This document shows, piece by piece, positions 46,768-54,252 of a stretch of DNA of 60,933 bases. Position numbers and translations under genes: made by a program. Origin of the DNA: Candidatus Nealsonbacteria bacterium (GTDB lineage: Bacteria > Patescibacteriota > Minisyncoccia > Minisyncoccales > PWPS01); the NCBI GenBank assembly GCA_003554445.1, contig PWGJ01000059.1, positions 1 to 60,933 of the forward strand, in the 5' to 3' direction. The notes under the pieces were generated by a model. The model searched no databases and was not told the origin of the DNA. It saw nothing but the letters and a program-made list of their open reading frames with translations. Numbering within the stretch: the stretch's first letter is position 1; each line of letters begins with the position of its first letter.

Positions 46768-47193
46768 ATGAGAAAAGCAGTGATAATTTTGTTAATTCTC
46801 GGATTTTTTATCGGTTTTGGAATTCAAGCAAATGAAGTTAACGCTATGGAAGAGCCTCAAGCGCCACGTGTTTCAATAGGCATGGGATATCTCAAAACCC
46901 CGACAGCTTCCGGAGCACTTTTTGAAGGCGGTATTCGATTCACTGATGAGTTTTATCTCTTTACGGGAATCGTACCCTTCGATAAGGGTCTCCAATTGGT
47001 ATCCGTGGGAGCGGATCTTAGGTTTAATGTTGAGAAGCAGGAATTTATGCCGGGAATTGGAATTATTTTTATCGGAACTGACAAAATTACACCAACCGCG
47101 TCGTTGACTATTCAAGACGAGGAAAGTGGTATTGGATTTATGCTGAGAGGCGGCTACAACGTATTTTCGGCCGCAGCTTCTCTAAACTTTTAG
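46768..47193 (+). CDS. Secreted small beta-rich protein with OMP-like C-terminal signature
   Basis: 141 aa. SD AAGGAGG lies 7 nt upstream. It has a signal peptide (MRKAVIILLILGFFIGFGIQANEVNA), about 8 alternating amphipathic segments, and ends ...FSAAASLNF. Confidence 0.7.
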   Translation: MRKAVIILLILGFFIGFGIQANEVNAMEEPQAPRVSIGMGYLKTPTASGALFEGGIRFTDEFYLFTGIVPFDKGLQLVSVGADLRFNVEKQEFMPGIGIIFIGTDKITPTASLTIQDEESGIGFMLRGGYNVFSAAASLNF

Positions 47194-47206
47194 GAGGTGG
47201 AAAAAA

Positions 47207-48157
47207 ATGAAACGTAAGATTTTTCTAATGATCGGATTGTTGGTTGTATTGGGTTTCGTTCTGTCGTCGTGCCAATTTTACAGATCACACTCTGTAGTGC
47301 TGGCAGTGGAAGTTGAAGGTATGGGAGAAGTAATGTTGGATGGGGTGACGGACGGAGAACTTAAAGTTGAAGAAGGAACCATAGTGGAATTGAAGGCAGA
47401 AGCAAAAGAAGGGTGGAAATTCAGTCACTGGCAGGGTAATGTGAAAGATAAATACAGTTCCCAAACGTCCATTTTAATGGATAAAGATCAATCCATCAAA
47501 GCGATATTTGAGGAGAAAGAAAAACCACAACCAAGTTATTTTGAAGTAACAATTCTGGGTTCAAATTCACCGGTTTATCAAGGTGAAGAGATGAAAGTCG
47601 ATGTAGAAATCAGAAATAGTGGAGAGCAGAAAGACAGTCAAGAGATAAAGTTACTGGTGAGTAATAACCAAAAAGATTATCAAACGATTGCTTTAGAACC
47701 GGATGAAAAAAAGGTTATATCACTTTATTGGGAAACAGCTCTGGAAGATAAAGGTCAGTATGAAGCCTTAGTAAAATCGGATAACAGTACTGATACTATA
47801 AATCTAGAAGTCAAAGAAAAAGAAGCTGAGGATGTGAAGATTTCCTTCAATTATAGACACTTAGAAGGGGCTGAATACGAATTTACAGCTGAATATCCCG
47901 AATCCGGAAAATTTTTCCACTGGAAGTTTCCAGGTGAGAGTTTCTGGTTCAGTTATGAAAGAGATTATGTAGAGTATGAATTCAAGGAAGAGTATAGAGG
48001 GCAATCAGTTGAAGTAAAGCTGAAAGTTTTCGATGAAGATGGAGACCAGATAGGAGAGACTTATACAGGAACGGTACAAGTAAAAGAAGCTGAAGTAACT
48101 TACCACACATTAAATATAAGTACGGAGGGAGAAGGAGTAGTGTCCGCTGGACACTAA
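47207..48157 (+). CDS. Putative lipoprotein with B-repeat-like and CARDB-like Ig-fold domains
   Basis: 316 aa with SD AGGAGGTG and a lipobox in ...VLSSC. It has an N-terminal W..W.G-type repeat (EGWKFSHWQGNV) and a CARDB-like stretch (GEEMKVDVEIRNSGEQ...). Confidence 0.7.
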   Translation: MKRKIFLMIGLLVVLGFVLSSCQFYRSHSVVLAVEVEGMGEVMLDGVTDGELKVEEGTIVELKAEAKEGWKFSHWQGNVKDKYSSQTSILMDKDQSIKAIFEEKEKPQPSYFEVTILGSNSPVYQGEEMKVDVEIRNSGEQKDSQEIKLLVSNNQKDYQTIALEPDEKKVISLYWETALEDKGQYEALVKSDNSTDTINLEVKEKEAEDVKISFNYRHLEGAEYEFTAEYPESGKFFHWKFPGESFWFSYERDYVEYEFKEEYRGQSVEVKLKVFDEDGDQIGETYTGTVQVKEAEVTYHTLNISTEGEGVVSAGH

Positions 48158-48170
48158 TCAAAGAACTAAA

Positions 48171-48206
48171 ACCGGCACTTTTAATTATAAGTGCCGGTCT
48201 TTTTTA
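48171..48206 (+). terminator. Intrinsic terminator
   Basis: ACCGGCACTT (48171-48180) pairs with AAGTGCCGGT (48189-48198), followed by CTTTTTTAT. Confidence 0.85.
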
Positions 48207-48213
48207 TACATAA

Positions 48214-48241
48214 TTGACAAAAATTAAGTTATTGATATGAT
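48214..48241 (+). promoter_or_regulatory. Near-consensus extended -10 promoter
   Basis: TTGACA (48214-48219), 16-nt spacer ending in TGA, TATGAT (48236-48241). Confidence 0.55.
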
Positions 48242-48264
48242 TTAATCTACAAGGAGGGATTTAA

Positions 48265-48546
48265 GTGATTAAAGTCAAAAAAGAGCATCGTAAGGGAAAA
48301 GAGATTTTTATTCCGAGAGAAATTCAACCGAATTTTGATGAGAAAGTTTATATTTTTAAACTAGAGGATACTTTCTATTTAATATCGGAATCGGAATGGC
48401 TCGATATATTTGATCGAATAGAAAAAAGAGATCAATATTCTCCAAAAAAGAAGCGACAGATAAAGAGAATGTACTCTAAAAGATCGAGAAAGGTGAAAAT
48501 AAAAGAAGATGGAAGAATCTTAATCCCGATTAAGTTCAGAAAATAA
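48265..48546 (+). CDS. MraZ-like / AbrB-fold (SpoVT-AbrB) small protein, orphan and shortened
   Basis: 93 aa with a GTG start 6 nt after AAGGAGGG. KEIFIPREI... and a C-terminal DGRILIPIKFRK resemble the two DxxGRxxxP.KFR repeats of MraZ. Confidence 0.5.
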   Translation: MIKVKKEHRKGKEIFIPREIQPNFDEKVYIFKLEDTFYLISESEWLDIFDRIEKRDQYSPKKKRQIKRMYSKRSRKVKIKEDGRILIPIKFRK

Positions 48547-48565
48547 AAAAACTCCCGAACGGGAG
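48544..48565 (-). terminator. Intrinsic terminator for miaA (minus strand)
   Basis: On the minus strand, CTCCC-GTTC-GGGAG is followed by TTTTTTTATTT. Confidence 0.55.
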
Positions 48566-48570
48566 AGTTA

Positions 48571-48601
48571 AATTAAGGGTTTAAAGCCCTTAATTTTTTA
48601 T
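48571..48601 (+). terminator. Intrinsic terminator (plus strand) overlapping the miaA stop
   Basis: AATTAAGGG (48571-48579) pairs with CCCTTAATT (48587-48595), followed by TTTTAT. Confidence 0.65.
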
Positions 48602-49465
48602 ATAACTACCCACTCTCTCTTTTGCTTCTTTAAAAGTTTCAACCCAAATTAATCTATCGTCTTTCTTTAGCCAATTTTTTTGTTTTTTTGAAAATTGTTT
48701 AGTGTTTGTTTTTATCTCTTCTATAACTTGATTTTCACTTTTCTCTTCTTTGAAATGAGGTTCCCATTCCTTATATCCGATAGTTTCCAACGGGGTTCTG
48801 TTATAATTGTTTAAAAGTTTTCGAGCTTCATCTTTTAAGCCTTTGTTTACCATTTTATCGACACGCTTGTCAATCCTTCGATGCAACTCTTCCTTTTCTA
48901 TTTTTAAAGCCAACATCAATACCGGATAATTCAGGGGTTCCTTGTTCAATTCGGGAACCGGTTTTCCGGTTTTTTCTATTATCTCCAATGCTCTAACCAA
49001 CCTACGCTTATTGTGTTTGTCTATTGACTTAGCTCTTCGAGGATCTTTATCTTTCAGCTCTTCAAAAAGTTTTTGTTCTGAAAGTTTGTTTTTTTTCTTT
49101 CTAAAATTCCAATCGGGAGCAACCTGTGGTAAGACCAGACCGTCAACAACGGCTTTAATATAAAAATAGCTACCACCACACAAAATCGGAACTTTATTTT
49201 TTTGTTGAATATCCTTTATCTTTTGACGGGCTCTTTTTTTAAAATCAGCCACAGTGAAGGTTTGATCCGGTTCAACCAGGTTTAACAGATGATGCGGAAT
49301 GCCTTGCATATCATCTATTTTATCGGTTCCGATATTCATCTCTTTATAGACCTGCTTAGAGTCTGCAGAAATAATTTCCGCTCTTTTCAAATGGCTGGCT
49401 ATTTGTAATGAAAGACTTGTCTTTCCGGCACCTGTCTGACCGGTAATTACAATTAATTTTTTCAT
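48590..49465 (-). CDS. miaA: tRNA dimethylallyltransferase
   Basis: 291 aa with P-loop GQTGAGKT and the IPP-transferase family pattern (ISADSKQVYKEMNIGT, PHHLL). Confidence 0.93.
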   Translation of the reverse strand: MKKLIVITGQTGAGKTSLSLQIASHLKRAEIISADSKQVYKEMNIGTDKIDDMQGIPHHLLNLVEPDQTFTVADFKKRARQKIKDIQQKNKVPILCGGSYFYIKAVVDGLVLPQVAPDWNFRKKKNKLSEQKLFEELKDKDPRRAKSIDKHNKRRLVRALEIIEKTGKPVPELNKEPLNYPVLMLALKIEKEELHRRIDKRVDKMVNKGLKDEARKLLNNYNRTPLETIGYKEWEPHFKEEKSENQVIEEIKTNTKQFSKKQKNWLKKDDRLIWVETFKEAKERVGSYIKN

Positions 49466-49467
49466 AC

Positions 49468-50700
49468 TTAAATCAAATTTCCCTTTAAACCGAAATCGGT
49501 TGCTTGAGTAATTTTAGCCTTTTTAAATTCTCCCGAGAAATCTCTTTCGGATTCAACTTTAATTGTTTTATAACATTTGGTTTTCCCGATCAGGAGATTA
49601 TTCTTATATTCGGTCGGCAGGAAAGTCACGGTATCTCCAATCTTTTTTTTATTTTTATTTTTTGCCGTTTTTTTCAATATTTGAGTTAATTCTTTTGCTC
49701 TCCGCTTTTTTTCTCTGTTAGAAACCGTATCTTCAATTTTTGCTGCTTCGGTTTGAGGGCGAGGGGAGTAGCGGGCTATGTATGCCATATCGAATTTAAT
49801 ATCTTGAAGCAGTTTTTTGGTATTTTCAAAGGCTCTTTCATCTTCGCCCGGAAAGCCGACTATTATATCCGTAGTTAAAGTTATTTCGGGAATTTCACTT
49901 CTTATATTGGATACGATATCTTTATAATCCTCAATCTTATAAGGTCTGTTCATTGCTTGCAATATATCGTTATCACCTGACTGAACCGGAAGATTCAAAT
50001 AATCCGTTATTTTTTCGGATGACTTGATCGCTTTTATTATTTTTCCTGAAAAATCTTTGGGGTGGGAGCTGGTAAATCTAATCCAGAAATCACCTTCTAC
50101 ACTGCTAACCGACCTCAAAAGGTCGGCAAAGTCGGGTTTTTTACCTTTATTATATGAATTTACATTCTGACCCAGCAACCAGATTTCTTTAAAGCCCTTT
50201 TTAACCAATCTTTCAACTTCTTCAACAATTTCATCAGCGGGCCTCGACTTTTCTCTTCCGCGAACATAGGGAACTGCACAATAACTGCAAAAATTATCAC
50301 AACCCGTCATTATCGGTATATAAGCAATCGGCTTTTCTCTTTTTGCTTTTATTTCAAAATAATTTTTCTTTTTCGTTAGTTCCTTTAATTCATCAATCTC
50401 TTTATGCCACTCATGCAAATTCTTTATATCCATAATATGGTCAAATTCGTCCCCCAGCTTTTTTTGGTCTTCATCAAGAACACAGCCGGTTAAGATAAGA
50501 GTTTTTTCTTCCGAAAGTTGATTAATCTTTCCCCGAATACGGTCAACAACCCTCTCTCTCACTGAACAAGCGTTTATAATTAAAAAATCAGACTTCTCTT
50601 CAGAAGATTCATAAATTCCGGATTCTTCAAACAGATATGCTATTCTTTTACTGTCATTTTTATTCATCTGACAGCCGTAGGTGATTATATGGTAATTCAT
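49468..50700 (-). CDS. miaB: tRNA-i6A37 methylthiotransferase (radical SAM MTTase)
   Basis: 410 aa with TYGCQMN N-terminal domain, radical-SAM CDNFCSYC, and a C-terminal TRAM-like domain. Adjacent to miaA. Confidence 0.9.
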   Translation of the reverse strand: MNYHIITYGCQMNKNDSKRIAYLFEESGIYESSEEKSDFLIINACSVRERVVDRIRGKINQLSEEKTLILTGCVLDEDQKKLGDEFDHIMDIKNLHEWHKEIDELKELTKKKNYFEIKAKREKPIAYIPIMTGCDNFCSYCAVPYVRGREKSRPADEIVEEVERLVKKGFKEIWLLGQNVNSYNKGKKPDFADLLRSVSSVEGDFWIRFTSSHPKDFSGKIIKAIKSSEKITDYLNLPVQSGDNDILQAMNRPYKIEDYKDIVSNIRSEIPEITLTTDIIVGFPGEDERAFENTKKLLQDIKFDMAYIARYSPRPQTEAAKIEDTVSNREKKRRAKELTQILKKTAKNKNKKKIGDTVTFLPTEYKNNLLIGKTKCYKTIKVESERDFSGEFKKAKITQATDFGLKGNLI

Positions 50701-50737
50701 ATTAACTTTTGGTAATCCACCTTTTTATATGAGTATA

Positions 50738-52354
50738 TTAGTATATATCTTCTCTTTTTTCTTTCAAAAAGCTTCTCCATTGCTCTAAAAACTGTATGAA
50801 AGACATAAAAGGTAGGTCAATAAGAGCGCTGAAGAATATGGAGATAATATTGTAGCGCTTCCATTTGTTGGTAAACCACTTTCCAAGCCTTATGACCGGT
50901 AGTGCGAATATATCCATCAAAACGTTTAAAAAGTTTTCCTTTTCCGTCATCATATGAAGTTCTTTTGCTCTGTCTCTTATCTTTGTTCCGGCAAACGCGA
51001 TTAAGGATAAAAATATTATAAATATCAGATAAGAGAGTGGAGGAAAGCTAGCCAAATTCAATACGTAGAAAATTATTGCAATACTGGCAAAAAGGCTCAA
51101 TGTCCAGATCAGATTTATAATAAAATTCGATATAAAACCTCTTTTTCGTGGTTTCTTAATTTTAAGTTTATCTTTCTTTTCTTTTTTATAAACTATTTTC
51201 ATCGATTCCAGTATGACTTTATGTAAGTTTTCTTCCGGTGGGGGGCTTATAGTCAAGACAAAAGCGGCCATCAGTATTGTCGGAATAAAGATTGTTACAA
51301 AAACCGCTTGAATCGGATAATCATAATCCATCAAGGTTGCAAGTGGAATTTCCAGAGCGTAAAGAGCTGCTACGTTGGTTATGAATATCGAGATCGTAGC
51401 ATAGGCTGCTGATCTGGATAATCGTGACTTCATAGTCTCAACCCTTTTTTGATAAACCGCCTTTATTTTCTTCTCCAATTCTTGAGGATTTTCTATTGCC
51501 TCCTTAGGGGTCTTCGAATTATTTTTTAAGATATCTCCCAGTAGGAGATAGGGGGTGCTGTGCTTTTTGGAAAGATGATAAAATTTAGTTTCCAGTTTGT
51601 GATTGAAATAATAATCTATCTTTTCTCTTATTTTATATATCTGAAGGGCAATTTTTTTAAGTTCATCTTGCGATAGATTATGCCAATTGGGGTAGCTGTG
51701 CTTAAAAAGATGGTAAGTTATAATCGGTTCATCCAAATTGAAAAGTGCTCTCTGAATTGCAATGTAGAGAAGTGTTTCTTTCGTTTTTGTATCCAATTCA
51801 TCAAAATAGCCCTTTTCAACTTCAACTCTTTTCTTCATCTGCTCAAACATATATTCAATCAGAAACTTTTCTCCTTTTGATGGGCTAAGAGTTTCTTCAA
51901 TTTCACAAGATGCAACGGAAGTAAGCCATTGATAGGTATCAACCTTATAATCGCTGTCTTTTTCATCCGGGAGATTGTTAAGTATATAAAGATACTTATC
52001 AAGAATTTCTTGAACATCCTCAACCTTGGACTCTTTAATCGTATCGTTGGGAAGATGTCCGGCCCGAATAAGTTCCAAAACTAAAGACTCGGCGTTCACT
52101 CCTTTCTTGCCCTCATTTAAAATATTTACCTTCGGGAGAGTTTTTCTCCTTAAAGTTCTTTCGATGGCACTCCTTCTTAAGAGATGTTCACCCTTCCAGT
52201 CTATAATACCCCTTATTTTGTCGTAAAAGGATGCAACTCTCTTAGCTATTTCATCTACATGAATCGTTGCTCCCTCTCCTTCCTCTTTTTTTTGATTGAA
52301 TGCCGACCTGTATTTTTCAGTTAATTTTTCGGTCGACTCGGAAAGTTTTTGCAT
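50738..52354 (-). CDS. Hypothetical integral membrane protein
   Basis: 538 aa. A soluble N-terminal half of about 320 aa is followed by at least 5 hydrophobic helices. It starts 2 nt after the thrS stop. No family recognised. Confidence 0.7.
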   Translation of the reverse strand: MQKLSESTEKLTEKYRSAFNQKKEEGEGATIHVDEIAKRVASFYDKIRGIIDWKGEHLLRRSAIERTLRRKTLPKVNILNEGKKGVNAESLVLELIRAGHLPNDTIKESKVEDVQEILDKYLYILNNLPDEKDSDYKVDTYQWLTSVASCEIEETLSPSKGEKFLIEYMFEQMKKRVEVEKGYFDELDTKTKETLLYIAIQRALFNLDEPIITYHLFKHSYPNWHNLSQDELKKIALQIYKIREKIDYYFNHKLETKFYHLSKKHSTPYLLLGDILKNNSKTPKEAIENPQELEKKIKAVYQKRVETMKSRLSRSAAYATISIFITNVAALYALEIPLATLMDYDYPIQAVFVTIFIPTILMAAFVLTISPPPEENLHKVILESMKIVYKKEKKDKLKIKKPRKRGFISNFIINLIWTLSLFASIAIIFYVLNLASFPPLSYLIFIIFLSLIAFAGTKIRDRAKELHMMTEKENFLNVLMDIFALPVIRLGKWFTNKWKRYNIISIFFSALIDLPFMSFIQFLEQWRSFLKEKREDIY

Positions 52355-52356
52355 TT

Positions 52357-54081
52357 TTATTTTTTTGATTTTTCTTCAATATCTTGCACTAAATCATCTA
52401 TTGACATTTCGCCGATTTCCTCTCCTCTGAATCTTACATTAACAGATTGAGACTCTTCTTCTTTACTCCCGACAACCAATAAGTAGGGAATCTTTTGCGT
52501 TTCCCCATTACGGATTGCTTTGGACAAAGTTTCGTTGATTCCCTCAATGCTGACGCGAATATTTTTTTCTCGTAGCTTTTTTCTAACTTTTTGAGCGTAA
52601 CTATCTTGTTTTTCGGAGATTGGGATTATCCAAGCTTGAACAGGTGATAGCCATACGGGAAACATTCCTTCGGTGTGTTCAATGTAAACGCCTAAAAATC
52701 TTTCCAGTGAGCCCAGAAGCGCTCTGTGAACCATAAAAGGAGTCTCTTCTTCACCTTCGGAGTTTATATAGCTCATTTCGAAGCGGGAAGTAATATTGAA
52801 GTCAACTTGAATTGTAGAGAGTTGCCACTTTCTACCCATTGCATCGACTGCATCAATATCTATTTTGGGAGCGTAAAAAGCTGCCTCTCCCTCATCTCTT
52901 ATATATTCTGTCTGCCCGAAGCTTTTAAGAGCTTCTTCCAAAGCTTTTTCTGCTTTTTCCCATTGCTCGTCAGTTCCGAAATAGTCCTCCTTTTTTTTCG
53001 GATCTCTAACTGAAAGTTTGAAGATAAGATCTTCCATTCCCAAAGTAGAATATATGTATTTGGTTATTTTTAAAGCGTTCATTATCTCATCCTGAAGCTG
53101 ATCTCCCCTACAAATTATATGAGCATCATCTTGAGTGAATCCTCGGGGTCTGGTTAATCCGTGAAGCTCACCGGACTTTTCATATCTGTAGACGGTTCCC
53201 ATCTCAGCCCATCTTTTTGGAAGTTCTCTATAGCTTCTAGTTTTGGATTTGTACATCTTTACATGAAAAGGGCAATTCATCGGTTTCAACCTGTATTTTT
53301 TTTCATCAACAGTGAGAGGTCCATACATGTCTTCGGCATAATGTTTTAGATGTCCGGAACGCTCCCAAAGCTCTTCATTTGCTATATGGGGAGTTGATAC
53401 TATTTTGTAATCGTTTTTGAGATAGGTATCCATAGCGAAGTCCATGAGCAATTTTCGAAGCATTGCCCCTTTGGGTAGATAGAGGGGGAGTCCTTGACCA
53501 ACCTCTTCATCGAACATAAAAAGCTCCAGATTTTTTCCTATCTTTCTATGATCTCTCTTTTCCGCCTCTTTTCTCATTTTCAGATAATTGTCCAACTCTT
53601 TTTTATTTTCAAACGCAAGTCCGTAAATTCTTTGCATCATTTCGTTTTTCTCGTCTCCTTTAAAGTAAGCTCCGGAAGTTCTATCGATTTTAAATGCCTG
53701 AGGATCCAGATCGCCTGTAGATTTAACATGAGGCCCCTTACATAAATCAATAAATTTTCCCGTTTTATAAACAGAAATTTCTTCACCATCAAGATCTTCA
53801 ACAAGTTCAAGCTTGTAAGGGTCGTCCTTGAATATCTTTTTTGCCTTCTTTTTACTTATAATCTCTTTTTCAAAAGATAAATCTTCCTTGATCTTTTTTC
53901 TCATTTTTTTCTCTATCTCTTTAAAATCATCTTCACTTACATCTATATCTTTAAAATCATAGTAAAATCCGTTATCTATTGCGGGACCTATACCTATCTT
54001 TGCCTCGGGAAAGATATCCTTTATTACTGCAGCTAATATATGTGAGTACGAATGTCTCTTTTTTTCTAAATTTTTATTCAT
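52357..54081 (-). CDS. thrS: Threonyl-tRNA synthetase lacking the N-terminal TGS domain
   Basis: 574 aa. It starts within the editing domain (HSYSHILA), has class II core motifs (RDHRKIG, FTQDDAHI...), and a C-terminal anticodon-binding domain. Confidence 0.94.
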   Translation of the reverse strand: MNKNLEKKRHSYSHILAAVIKDIFPEAKIGIGPAIDNGFYYDFKDIDVSEDDFKEIEKKMRKKIKEDLSFEKEIISKKKAKKIFKDDPYKLELVEDLDGEEISVYKTGKFIDLCKGPHVKSTGDLDPQAFKIDRTSGAYFKGDEKNEMMQRIYGLAFENKKELDNYLKMRKEAEKRDHRKIGKNLELFMFDEEVGQGLPLYLPKGAMLRKLLMDFAMDTYLKNDYKIVSTPHIANEELWERSGHLKHYAEDMYGPLTVDEKKYRLKPMNCPFHVKMYKSKTRSYRELPKRWAEMGTVYRYEKSGELHGLTRPRGFTQDDAHIICRGDQLQDEIMNALKITKYIYSTLGMEDLIFKLSVRDPKKKEDYFGTDEQWEKAEKALEEALKSFGQTEYIRDEGEAAFYAPKIDIDAVDAMGRKWQLSTIQVDFNITSRFEMSYINSEGEEETPFMVHRALLGSLERFLGVYIEHTEGMFPVWLSPVQAWIIPISEKQDSYAQKVRKKLREKNIRVSIEGINETLSKAIRNGETQKIPYLLVVGSKEEESQSVNVRFRGEEIGEMSIDDLVQDIEEKSKK

Positions 54082-54111
54082 GGTTTTATTTTATCATAAC
54101 AATTTAAAAAG

Positions 54112-54134
54112 AAAAAACCTCTTTGGAGAGGTTT
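54112..54134 (-). terminator. Intrinsic terminator after dnaE (minus strand), about 30 nt upstream of the thrS start
   Basis: On the minus strand, AACCTCT-CCAA-AGAGGTT is followed by TTTTTCTTTTT. Confidence 0.7.
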
Positions 54135-54252
54135 CTTGTGGATTAAAACTACAAGTAACCCCTCGCTACAAAGAGGTGGTTGTCGTCGTTGTAGTTTGTT
54201 GAATTGAAAAATTCATTGCCTTTATTTTACAAATCTATTCCAAAAAGTCAAA

